From NCBI RefSeq assembly GCF_046119375.1, contig NW_027362762.1:683798001-683862000 (forward strand): a DNA stretch of 64,000 nucleotides. Direction: 5' to 3'. A program made the position numbers and the translations under genes. This DNA is from Phyllobates terribilis. Its lineage: Eukaryota. The notes under the pieces were generated by a model. That model was not told the origin of the DNA and made no database searches. It was given only the letters and a program-made list of their open reading frames with translations. Shown here in pieces: positions 47,957 to 58,380 of the stretch (the stretch's first letter is position 1; each line of letters begins with the position of its first letter).

Positions 47957-48937
47957 ATGTCGGATACGGAGGAGAGCTTCACTGCCACAGCCACCGCCAG
48001 CGCCGCCGCTGCTGCGGTCATGCCTTTCACCATGCCCTATATCCCGGGGGCAGCCTGGCTACCCCAGTACTCAGGGGAGTCACATACCCTGAATGACTTT
48101 AGAGAAAAGCTGGATAGCCTCTTCCAGGTGTACCCCCTCACAGAAGAGCAAAAAGTGAGCATCCTGGTGGCCCAACTAACCGGGGCAGCCCAAAGGGAGG
48201 TAAAGTCCTGGCCACCTGGGAGGAGGACTGTCGCAGGGATATTAACCCGGCTGAAGGACACCTTTGATACCCGCACCTCAGCCGAGATTAAGCTTAGATT
48301 CTACGGGTGCAAACAGCGAGCACATGAGAATATAAGGGACTATGCACTAAACCTACAAGAGGCCCTGAGAGCCATTAAGCAGACCGACCCTGACGGCGTG
48401 AGAAACGAGGACAGGCTGTTGACCGAACAATTTATAGAGGGACTATATTGCAATGCCCACCGAACCCAGTTGCGGGCAATGGCCTTACAGGATCCTCATC
48501 TGGACTTTGCACAGTTCAAGGACAGAGCCATCCGGGTGCTCCGAGAACCGGCACCGGGTGGCGTGGTGACCCACAGGCGCCCTACTACCGCTTACCACCA
48601 GGAGGCGGCGCCCTTGTCGGCAGGGCCTGTGGGAGCTGACGCGCAGGCTTTGAACAATGACCCGGCTCCAGACCTGTACCATCAGGTCCAAGAGCTAGCT
48701 AAAAGCGTTGCTGCGCTAACCCGAACTGTGCAGTCTTTACAGGTTTCTGCTCCAGGGAAGATCCAGCTGGCATCCGGACCGGAGGACATCCCGTGGCGTC
48801 GACCAAGGAGGACCCCACCGGCCAGAGGAAGACCCAGCGACCGATACAACGAGGACGGACAACCCATCTGCCGCCGCTGCAATCAACCCGGACATATGGC
48901 AAGGTACTGTCCTTTAAACTGGCACAACCTGGGGTAG
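47957..48937 (+). CDS. gag: Gag, 326 aa, with a CCHC zinc knuckle
   Basis: Open ORF containing CRRCNQPGHMARYC. Confidence 0.93.
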   Translation: MSDTEESFTATATASAAAAAVMPFTMPYIPGAAWLPQYSGESHTLNDFREKLDSLFQVYPLTEEQKVSILVAQLTGAAQREVKSWPPGRRTVAGILTRLKDTFDTRTSAEIKLRFYGCKQRAHENIRDYALNLQEALRAIKQTDPDGVRNEDRLLTEQFIEGLYCNAHRTQLRAMALQDPHLDFAQFKDRAIRVLREPAPGGVVTHRRPTTAYHQEAAPLSAGPVGADAQALNNDPAPDLYHQVQELAKSVAALTRTVQSLQVSAPGKIQLASGPEDIPWRRPRRTPPARGRPSDRYNEDGQPICRRCNQPGHMARYCPLNWHNLG

Positions 48938-48971
48938 AGGGCCAACCCCCAGGAATAAGATCACCAGGCCC
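48913..48971 (+). promoter_or_regulatory. Predicted -1 programmed ribosomal frameshift signal
   Basis: T TTA AAC in gag phase, an 8-nt spacer, stem CCTGGGG/CCCCAGG, and a second helix GGGCC/GGCCC. Confidence 0.8.
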
Positions 48972-51900
48972 ATCAAACTGGCGTGACAAATACGTGGGAG
49001 GACGTCCAGTCTTGCCTGTGGTACTGGATGGCATTCCTATGAGTGCCCTACTTGACACCGGGTCACAGGTCACCACCATCCCGTACGTGCTCTTTAAGCA
49101 GTACTGGAATGACTCGGATATAACCCGCTACCCTGACGACGACTTGAGTATCATCGCCAGCAATGGTCAACCCGTGCCACAGATCGGATTCAAAGAGATG
49201 ACCATTAAAGTCGGTAGAGTCGAACTGGCAGCACAGGGACTGATCATTGTAGACATTGACAAGCGCGAGAGTCACCCAAAGATAACTCTAGGAACTAATG
49301 TGATTGAAAATTGTCTTGCAGAGGTGATTTTCATTTTACAGCAGGTTGCCAAGAACGCCAGCTCCGGCCAGCAGCGAGTGCTCCAAAAAGAGATCCGGGC
49401 ACTGATGCGGCGGCAACAGGTGGAACTCTCCGGTGGTGAGATTGGAAGCGTGAGAATGTGTGACCCTTTCCCTATTGCCATGCCCCCAAAAAGTGAAATG
49501 ATGATTTGGTGCCGGGCAGCTATTGGTCTAAGAGGTAGAGACTACCAAGCAATGGTAGAACCCATCTACTCAGACAGTAGGCCCACCATTTTGACAGCAC
49601 GGGGGGTGGTTGATGTACGCCATGGGAGGGTGCCCGTTCGCATAATAAATATCGGGAAGAGGGAAGTGTACCTGCCCCGGTATGCTACGCTAGCCAAATT
49701 GTATACCATCAATCAGAATTCTGTACAGGCCGTGGAACCCTTGCCTCCATCTCAACCAGAGGAAGGTAACGGCTCTAAGAAACCAATGGAGGACTGGTGT
49801 CAGCAACTACATCTGGGTACTGACTCCACTCCCTCACACCAGAAACAAGGAGTCTATCGGGTGGTTCAAGAGTACGAGAGAGTGTTTAGTAAACACCCGT
49901 TAGACTTCGGGCGAGTAAAAGGGGTAGAACACCACATCCCCACGGGAGACCATCCTCCCATAAAGGAGAGATACCGACCCGTACCCCCTGCACACTACCA
50001 ACACGCCAAGGGGATGCTTAGAGACATGAAGGAGGCTGGAGTAATCAGGGATAGCTGTAGCCCCTGGGCAGCTCCACTAGTCTTGGTTAAAAAGAAAGAC
50101 AACACTATGAGAATGTGTGTAGATTACCGGAAAATCAACCGTATCACACACAAAGATGCGTACCCCTTACCAAGGATAGAGGAGTCTTTGGCTGCTTTAA
50201 AATCTGCTAACTTCTTCTCCACTTTGGATCTCACTAGCGGGTACTGGCAGGTTCCTGTAGCAGAGGCGGACCGGGAGAAGACCGCATTCACCACCCCGAT
50301 GGGACTTAGCGAGTTTACCTGCATGCCGTTCGGACTCTGCAACGCACCAGGAACCTTCCAACGATTGATGGAATGCTGTCTGGGACACCGAAACTTCGAG
50401 ACGGTCCTGTTATACCTGGACAATGTCATCGTCTACTCCAAGACCTACGAGGACCACCTGAAACACCTGGCAGAAGTGTTCGAAGCCCTGGCAAACTACG
50501 GCCTAAAGGTGAAACCCTCCAAGTGTCACCTCCTGAAACCAAAGGTGCAGTACCTGGGACACGTGGTGAGTGCTGACGGAGTGGCTCCCGACCCTGATAA
50601 GATCACCGCAATTAAGGAATGGCCAAGCCCCTCCAGCGTAAAGGAAGTGCGGCAGTTCCTCGGGTTGGTAGGCTACTACCGAAGATTCATTCCCGGTTTC
50701 ACCAAAAAGGCAGCTCCTATGCAGGACCTCCTGATAGGCCAGTCCAGGAAGGCCAAGAACCAGAAGCCGCCCTTCAGATGGGAGAAGCTGGAAGAAGAGT
50801 CCTTCCGCCAGCTGAAGATGGCCCTCACGGGGGATGAAATCCTGGCGTACCCGGATTACAGCCAGCCCTTTATCCTCTACACCGACGCAAGTAACATCGG
50901 GCTAGGAGCCGTACTGTCCCAGATCCAGCAGGGGAAAGAACGGGTAATTGCTTACGCCAGCCGAAAACTGCGACCCACCGAAAGAAACCCTGAGAATTAC
51001 AGCTCATTCAAGCTAGAGTTCCTGGCAGTGGTGTGGGCAGTCACCGAACGCTTTAGGCACTACCTCGCCTCTTCCCGGTTCACCGTGTACACGGATAACA
51101 ACCCGTTGACACATCTGGACACTGCAAGACTCGGTGCCCTGGAGCAGAGATGGATGGCCCGCCTGTCCAACTATGAGTTCACGATCAAATACCGGGCAGG
51201 ACGCTCCAATACCAACGCGGATGCCTTGTCCAGAATGCCAAACCTACCGGACGTAGGGGAAGATCCAGAGGAACTGGAAGAAGTTGAACTCCCCGCGTTC
51301 CACCGTCATGGGACTATCCAGTATTCCCACCGTGTAAGGGGTAAGCAATCTGCTACGTTCAACCCCTTACCTCATTACAACTGGGCGGAAATGCAAGACA
51401 GTGACCCCGCCGTCCGACTGGTGAAGGAGATGCTGACTCAGCCAGATGCCCGCCTTGACCCAGACGCTCCGGAGGAGGCCAAGCAACTGTGGGTTGAGAA
51501 GAGTCGACTGTTCCTTTACAAGGGGAAGTTGTGCCGCAGAATGGTTAACTCCCGGACGCATGAACTGATCTGGCAAGTAGTGGTGCCAAGAAGAGACGCG
51601 GCTATGGTACTGGAGGCATACCACGACGGAGCTGGGCACTTCGGATGGAAGAAGCTGGAGTTCCTGCTGCGCGGGCGGTTCCACTGGGTAGGCATAAGAG
51701 GAACCATCGAGAGGTGGTGCAGAGACTGTGGCCCATGCAACCTAAGAAGGAAGGACCGTGCTAGCCAGAAGACTCCCCTGCAGTCCATCGTCACCAAGCA
51801 GCCGTTGGAACTGGTAGCCTTGGATCATGTAAAACTGACCCCCAGCAGAAGTGGCTACGTCTATGCGTTAACCATCGTGGATCACTACTCCCGGTTTTTG

Positions 51901-53049
51901 GTTGTCGTCCCCGTCAAGGACTTAACGGCTCAAACAGCAGCTAGAGCCTTCCAGCAGCACTTCTGCCGTCCACACGGATACCCAGAGCAGGTGCTGACGG
52001 ACCAGGGACCTGCCTTTGAAGCGGAAGTCTTCCAGGAGTTCTGTACTCTGTATGGCTGCCGGAAGATAAGAACAACACCCTATCATCCGCAAACCAATGG
52101 GCTCTGCGAGAAAATGAACCAGGTGGTGATAGATCTTCTGAAAACATTGCCCCTGGAAGAACGCAATCTGTGGCCTGAGAAACTGCCTGATCTGGTGGAC
52201 CTATACAACCACATCCCGGTAGGTTCTACCAACTGTACCCCGGCTTACCTAATGAGAGCAAGACCTGGTAAGCTTCCTGTTGATCTGGAGATGGGAGTTC
52301 TGACACCTGAGGACACTTCACCAGAAGCAGACTGGGACACAGAAAGGCAGCAGCAGTACCGGAAAGTACAGGAGAGCGTGGAGCGAAGTCTCTGTCAAGC
52401 TAGAGAAAGACAGGAGAAGACTTACAACCAGTGTGCTCCCGCTGTTCCCCTGGTACCTGGAGAGCAGGTCTTGAAGAGGAAGAGACGGCTCCACAAGTTG
52501 GACGACCAGTGGGAGAAGGACCCGTACACCGTACTGCCCTCAAGCCATGAGAACCCGAAAGTCTGCACAATCAGTAAGGATGGAGGAGAAACCACAGCCA
52601 TTGTATCCCGAGATCACCTGAAGAAGTGTCCCGAACAGCTACGGAACCCTGAAGAAGAACAAGAAGACCCTCGACCCGCAGAGGAAAGGGAAGATATGGT
52701 CAGTACTGTGCTCGGAGACTTCCCTCGGTCTTGGACTCAAGTCAATGGCGCTGTTGTGGTACCCGTCCTCACCTTCCTCCAACCAGCATCCCAAGTGCCT
52801 ACGGAGAAACAGGTAGAGCTGGAAGAGCAGCCGGTCCAGGAGGCAGAAGACCCCACACAAGCAGACCAGGAGGATCAACCCTCTGCGTATAGTGAGCCTG
52901 CCGTACCCCTAGTGAGCCAAAGAGCCCGTAGACAGCTGCCCAGTTTACCTTTGACAGCTCCTACACCTGGTAGCTCAGGACCAGTCAGTCAGCTCCGTAG
53001 GTCCACTAGAGCCACTAGAGGCCAGTTGCCCGTACGTTGGAGGATCTAG
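48916..53049 (+). CDS. pol: Pol polyprotein (protease, RT, RNase H, integrase) in the -1 frame relative to gag
   Basis: LLDTGS; PWAAP; YLDN (YxDD altered); TDAS/E/TDNNPL; HHCC; D, D(35)E; GPY/F-like tail; no chromodomain seen. Confidence 0.93.
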   Translation, partial: KLAQPGVEGQPPGIRSPGPSNWRDKYVGGRPVLPVVLDGIPMSALLDTGSQVTTIPYVLFKQYWNDSDITRYPDDDLSIIASNGQPVPQIGFKEMTIKVGRVELAAQGLIIVDIDKRESHPKITLGTNVIENCLAEVIFILQQVAKNASSGQQRVLQKEIRALMRRQQVELSGGEIGSVRMCDPFPIAMPPKSEMMIWCRAAIGLRGRDYQAMVEPIYSDSRPTILTARGVVDVRHGRVPVRIINIGKREVYLPRYATLAKLYTINQNSVQAVEPLPPSQPEEGNGSKKPMEDWCQQLHLGTDSTPSHQKQGVYRVVQEYERVFSKHPLDFGRVKGVEHHIPTGDHPPIKERYRPVPPAHYQHAKGMLRDMKEAGVIRDSCSPWAAPLVLVKKKDNTMRMCVDYRKINRITHKDAYPLPRIEESLAALKSANFFSTLDLTSGYWQVPVAEADREKTAFTTPMGLSEFTCMPFGLCNAPGTFQRLMECCLGHRNFETVLLYLDNVIVYSKTYEDHLKHLAEVFEALANYGLKVKPSKCHLLKPKVQYLGHVVSADGVAPDPDKITAIKEWPSPSSVKEVRQFLGLVGYYRRFIPGFTKKAAPMQDLLIGQSRKAKNQKPPFRWEKLEEESFRQLKMALTGDEILAYPDYSQPFILYTDASNIGLGAVLSQIQQGKERVIAYASRKLRPTERNPENYSSFKLEFLAVVWAVTERFRHYLASSRFTVYTDNNPLTHLDTARLGALEQRWMARLSNYEFTIKYRAGRSNTNADALSRMPNLPDVGEDPEELEEVELPAFHRHGTIQYSHRVRGKQSATFNPLPHYNWAEMQDSDPAVRLVKEMLTQPDARLDPDAPEEAKQLWVEKSRLFLYKGKLCRRMVNSRTHELIWQVVVPRRDAAMVLEAYHDGAGHFGWKKLEFLLRGRFHWVGIRGTIERWCRDCGPCNLRRKDRASQKTPLQSIVTKQPLELVALDHVKLTPSRSGYVYALTIVDHYSRFLVVVPVKDLTAQTAARAFQQHFCRPHGYPEQVLTDQGPAFEAEVFQEFCTLYGCRKIRTTPYHPQTNGLCEKMNQVVIDLLKTLPLEERNLWPEKLPDLVDLYNHIPVGSTNCTPAYLMRARPGKLPVDLEMGVLTPEDTSPEADWDTERQQQYRKVQESVERSLCQARERQEKTYNQCAPAVPLVPGEQVLKRKRRLHKLDDQWEKDPYTVLPSSHENPKVCTISKDGGETTAIVSRDHLKKCPEQLRNPEEEQEDPRPAEEREDMVSTVLGDFPRSWTQVNGAVVVPVLTFLQPASQVPTEKQVELEEQPVQEAEDPTQADQEDQPSAYSEPAVPLVSQRARRQLPSLPLTAPTPGSSGPVSQLRRSTRATRGQLPVRWRI

Positions 53050-53402
53050 GTGTTTAGACTGTTTATTTGTATTTATCTGTTTTCTGTTACTTGTAAATAA
53101 TTGTGTATTTCTAGTTATGTTATAGATGTCGTTTATGGATTATCCGGAATCCTTTGTACATATGTTGGAGCGTAACCCAGGAAAGGACTAAGACTGTTAA
53201 GGACTCGGGGTAGGACAGACCCCTACCTGGTTACGGCTTCCGGTCTCATGGTGAAATGGACACCTTAGTTTTCTTCAAAGACTGCACCCGGTTGCGGACA
53301 TTCCGTGACCATCCTAATGTGTTTTTCTTTATTGTACTGTTTCTGTTTTTACTTGTTATGTTTTATAAAAATATGTTTAGTCCCGGAGTACTAAATTTCA
53401 CT

Positions 53403-53411
53403 AGGGGGGAA
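53403..53411 (+). promoter_or_regulatory. Polypurine tract
   Basis: AGGGGGGAA immediately before the 3' LTR. Confidence 0.85.
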
Positions 53412-54444
53412 TGTGGCACCCCAGGGGTCTGGTTTCCACAGTAATAGCAATATTACGTCTGTGAGCAGGTGGGAGGTTTCCTGGTCAGACATCCTATGCA
53501 TGCCACACCTCCTGCCCAGTCCTGGGAGGGGAAGAACTTCCCCTATATAAAGCTGGGGCTGAGGCAGGGTTAGAGAGTAGAGAAAGAGTGAGAGAACACA
53601 GACAGAGACACAGTCTGGTCTGTAGTGGGGCAGCTTTAGGAACAAGAAAGATCAGGAGCTCTGTGGGAGCTGTGCTAAAAAGAGATCAGGGGCTGGAAGC
53701 TGTAGAGCTCGCCCTGATTGAAGAGTTCTTACCGGACCCGGGGTCCGAGGCTGTGGGGACTAATCCTTACCCAGCAGCAGAAACCGCCCGGCAGGGGATT
53801 TCAGGTCCTCTGGCCAAGAAACCCGAAGGCACGGTCACACGCAAGGGACCAGCACCGCGACGTGGAGCGGAAGTTACCAAAAGGCCCCGAGTCACCGGCC
53901 ATACGGGTGAGCACCACACGGTACACTCAGGGACGTGGGCTACTTTTACCCGCCTCTAGCAAGGTAGCCAGAAGAGTACGATTAGTTGGGGAGGCCTACA
54001 ACTCCGCCTGGCCAGGGGAGATCCCATCAGCTCACGGACTGACCAGGCCCCGATCGCTAGCCAGTACTCCGGGAGGGTCTACCTTGTCACCAGTAAAGAC
54101 CCAAAACTACACCGCACCGTCTCTGAGTGGTTCCTGCTACCCCCCTTCAAACACGTCGGCTGCCCTGAGGCCATACCCCTCCCGTTGGGGGTTATACCAT
54201 CCCCGCTGCACAACCGTATCACCGGCCTCAGCGGTCTGCCCTGCAGCGGCGGTCTCATGACCGCATTCAACGGGTGGCGTAGTCGAACATTCTAAACATC
54301 TACTGCTAAATACTGCCGCTCAGTTTGACTCCCTGGGCACGGACCGGGTCACCGCCACGAGGACTACTACCCCCAACAGATCCGGCTCCGGGTATTCCCC
54401 GCGTGTGCAACGCTGCACCACAGCACAGGCCCAGTAGCGCGTCA
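53412..54444 (+). repeat. 3' LTR
   Basis: About six substitutions versus the 5' LTR, counted by eye. Confidence 0.97.
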
Positions 54445-54769
54445 TATACTAACCATACCTGCTAATGGCACTGACATCATTTTATGTCTCCATTGTGGCG
54501 AGAGCGCGGAGAACATGCATCTCCTTAGCTGCAAAACTTCGTTAGCTCAAACTTCTGAACAAGATGGCTGCTAGGTTTAACATGGCTGTTCAGAATATTA
54601 GGACTTCTCATTCTCTTACAGGGGGCGATTATACAGTGTGGAGAGGTGTGGGGCCATTATACTGTTTGTAGACCCATTATACTACATGGAGGGCTGAGTG
54701 TGGGTCACAGTTTTGGAATCATATTGTGTTGGGGTTGCCATATTTTGCAGAGGGAGTTGAGGTGGGGTA

Positions 54770-55250
54770 GAGTAAGTTCAGACACGTGGATCTCGGATAT
54801 AGATGCAGGTACCGCCGGAGTGGCTTTAGGGTTCAGACACTGGCCACACACGGACTAGGAGATGATGTTCAGGCTCTGGCTACACAAGGACCAGTAACTT
54901 CGGGTTCAGGACTGACCACGCAAGGAAGAAAGACTTCGGGTTCAGGACTGGCCACACAAGGCCAGGGGACCTAACAACTCACTAGTTGCACCACACGTTG
55001 CTTCAGCACCTCCCTATTGGGGAGGATGCCTTTTAAACAAGATGCCTCCCAGCTATTGGCTGGGGGCATCTTAGCAGGTGTGCGCTGACCCTTTAAGAAT
55101 AGGGCAGCGTGAGAACTAGGCACACCACCGGGAATTAGACCAGGAAGCAAGGAGCACGCCGAGGAACACGCCAAATGACGAGTAGGTAACAACACAGCCG
55201 CAACGGTGAGTATGTTGGCGTTCCTGCATGGAGGGGGATGGGGACCCATG
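54770..55250 (-). mobile_element. Possible LTR-like remnant
   Basis: Short GGTTCAGGACT repeats and a CCTTTTAAA motif interrupt the host element; no clear TSD. Confidence 0.3.
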
Positions 55251-55401
55251 CAGGGGCACTGGCATTAGTGTTACAAATGAAAGGTAAATCTAGGACTTCA
55301 ATAGGATGAAATTACCTTGTAAAGGCTACAAAGCTGTGAGGTATGCCCTTCTGTGACCTTGCTGAATATTATTATTTTTTTTTATTAGAGAGTGCACAAT
55401 T

Positions 55402-55678
55402 AGAACTTTTGCTATGGGGCCCCATGATTTCTATGTATGCCCTTAGTCTCTTACATAAAAAGAGGTTAAAAAATATTGGTTTGTTTAGCTCAGAATAATA
55501 AGGATGCCTCAGAGGCAGTAGCATAGCTACCGGGGGGCAGAGGGGGCGGTCGCTATGCTACTGCCTCTGAGGCATCCTTATTATTCTGAGCTAAACAAAC
55601 CAATATTTTTTAACCTCTTTTTATGTAAGAGACTAAGGGCATACATAGAAACCATGGGGGCCCCATAGCAAAAGTTCT
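55402..55678. repeat. ~126-bp near-perfect inverted duplication with a 24-nt spacer
   Basis: 55402-55527 is the reverse complement of 55552-55678. Confidence 0.95.
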
Positions 55679-56029
55679 GAGGGGGCCCACCTGGAGCTAT
55701 GCTACTGTAACTGTATTGGTGTGCGCAGCACTCCTTTACAGTTACATTCTGGGCAGAGCAGGGAGACTGGATGTCCCTGCACTGCCCGGCAGCTGATATG
55801 CAGCCATTGAGCAGGATGGGGAGGATGCCCCGGTGCCAGCAACGGGCTCCCCCCCCCCGTCACCGCCGCAAGTTAACTGATGAGAGAAGTCCCCTCTCTG
55901 CATCTGACATCAATGACATCATCACCTGGAGCCCGGCCTCTGTGCTGAAGATGTGTGCGAGTCGGGCACTCGGAGCAGCGAGGGAACGAGGAGGAGAGGT
56001 GAGTTCTGTTTTTATTTATTTATTTTTCC

Positions 56030-57895
56030 TATGGGGGGGGATATTATGCTACATACTTTGCTTATGGGAGGAGGAGATTATACTACAGATTGCCTATGGG
56101 GGGAGATTATACTACATACTGCCTATGGAGGGTATTATACTACAAACTGCCTATGGGGGGGGGGGAGATTATGCTACAGACTGCCTATGGGGGGAGGAGA
56201 TTATACTACAAACTGCCTATGGGGGGAGATTATGCTACATACTTCCTATGGGGGGGAGTAGATTATACCACAGACTGCCTATGGGGGGGGAGATTATGCT
56301 ACAGACTGCCTATGGTTGGAGATTATACTACAGACTGCCTATGGGGGGGAGATTATGCTACAGACTGCCTATGGGGGGGAGATTATGCTGCAGACTGCCT
56401 ATGGGGGGGATATTATACTACAGACTGCCTATGTGGGGGGGAGATTATGCTACAGACTGCCTATGGGGGGGAGATCATGCTACAGACTGCCTATGGGGGG
56501 AGGAGATTATACTACAGACTGCCTATGGGGGGAAATTATACTACAGACTACCTATGGGGGGATTATGCTACAGCCTGCCTATGGGGGGATTATGCTATAG
56601 ACTGCGTATGGGGGTATATTATACTACAGACTGCCTATGGGGGGGATTATGCTACAGACTGCCTATGGGGGGGATTATGCTACAGACTGCCTATGGGGGG
56701 ATTATGCTACAGAATGCCTATGGGGGGGAGATTATGCTACAAACTGCCTATGGGGGGGAGATTATGCTACAGACTGCCTATGGGGGGGATTATGCTACAA
56801 ACTGCCTATGGGGAGGATTATGCTACAGACTGCCTATGGGGGGATTATGCTACAGACTGCCTATGGGGGGATAATGCTACAGACTGCCTATGGGGGGATT
56901 ATGCTATAGACTGCGTATGGGGGGGATATTATACTACAGACTGCCTATGGGGGGATTATGCTACAGACTGCCTATGGGGGGATTTTGCTACAGAATGCCT
57001 ATGGGGGGGATTATTCTACAGACTGCCTATGGGGGGATTATGCTACAGACTTTCTATCGGGGAGAGATTATGCTACAGACTGCCTATGGGAGGGAGGAAA
57101 TTATACTACAGACTGCTTATGGGGGAGATTATACAACAGACTGCCTATGGGGGGGAGATTATACTACAGACTGCCTATGGGGGGGAGATTATGCTACAGA
57201 TGCCTATGGGGGGATATTATGCTACAGGCTGCCTGTGGGGGGATTATGCTACAGACTGCCTATGGGGGGGAGGAGATTATGCTACAGACTGCCTATGGGG
57301 GGGGGGGATTATACTACAGACTGCCTATGGGGGAGATTATACTACAGACAGCCTATGGGGGGAGATTATGCTACAGACTGCCTATGGGAGGGGGAGATTA
57401 TGCTACAGACTGCCTATGGTGGGGGGATTATGCTACAGACTGCCTATCGGGGAGAGATTATGCTACAGACTGCCTATGGGAGGGAGGAGATTATACTACA
57501 GACTGCTTATGGGGGAGATTATACAACAGACTGCCTATGTGGGGGAGATTATACTACAGACTGCCTATGGGGGGGAGATTATGCTACAGATGCCTATGGG
57601 GGGATATTATGCTACAGGCTGCCTGTGGGGGGATTATGCTACAGACTGCCTATGGGGGGGAGGAGATTATACTACAGACTGCCTATGGGGGAGATTATAC
57701 TACAGACTGCCTATGGGGGGAGATTATGCTGCAGACTGCCTATGGGAGGGGGAGATTATGCTACAGACTGCCTATGGTGGGGGGATTATGCTACAGACTG
57801 CTTATGGGGGGGATTATGCTACAGACTGCCTATGGGGAGGATTATGCTACAGACTGCCTATGGGGGGATTATGCTACAGACTCTGCCTATGAGGG
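56030..57895. repeat. ~29-31 bp minisatellite (ATGCTACAGACTGCCTATGGGGGGGAGATT)
   Basis: Roughly 60 units; variation is mainly in G-run length. Confidence 0.97.
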
Positions 57896-57954
57896 GATTA
57901 TACTATATGAAGGACTATCTGGTGCATTATACTATATGTAGGCTATTTATACAG

Positions 57955-58380
57955 TGTGGGGATTACAGTTAGGGTCATACAGTGTGGGAGATAATGTGGG
58001 GTCTTTGCACAGTGTGGGGGCCATCATATAATGTGGGAGATAATGTAGGGTCTTTGCACAGTGTGGAGGCATTCATACAGTGTGGGAGATAATGTGGGGT
58101 CCTTGTATAGTGTGGGGGCCATCATACAGTGTGGGAGATAATGTGGGGTCATTTTATAATGTGGGGGCCATCATACAGTGTGGGAGATAATGTGGGGTCT
58201 TTGCGCAGTGTGGGGGCCATCATACAGTGTGGGAGATAATGTGGGGTCTTTGCACAGTATGGGGGCCATCATACAGTGTGGGAGATAATGTGGGGTCTTT
58301 GTATAGTGTGGGGGCCATCATACAGTGTGGGAGATAATGTGGGGTCTTTGTATAGTGTGGGGGCCATCATACAGTGTCGG
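57955..58380. repeat. ~49-bp tandem repeat (CAGTGTGGGAGATAATGTGGGGTCTTTGCACAGTGTGGGGGCCATCATA)
   Basis: About 8 units. Confidence 0.9.

Larger units (their letters stand above)
46485..54444 (+). mobile_element. Full-length Ty3/Gypsy LTR retrotransposon (7960 bp)
   Basis: Two 1033-bp LTRs, TSD TATA, PBS, PPT, gag, and pol in PR-RT-RH-IN order. Confidence 0.98.
45896..54620 (-). mobile_element. Solo LTR (~760 bp: 45896-46484 plus 54449-54620) split by the Gypsy element
   Basis: TGTAAGA...TCTTACA ends and GGGG flanks. TATAAAAA (~46150) and AATAAA (~45977) lie on the minus strand. Confidence 0.75.

Noticed and set aside
48793-48915. ATG at 48793 as the pol start
   Set aside because: It lies within the gag overlap upstream of a well-formed -1 frameshift signal, so it is more likely incidental.
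55771-57972. 600, 367, 360 and 327 aa ORFs with DYATDCLWGG / RLPMGG / MLQTAYGG repeats
   Set aside because: All three frames are open because the ~30-bp unit has no stops. The frame wanders with G-run length, which is incompatible with a conserved repeat protein.
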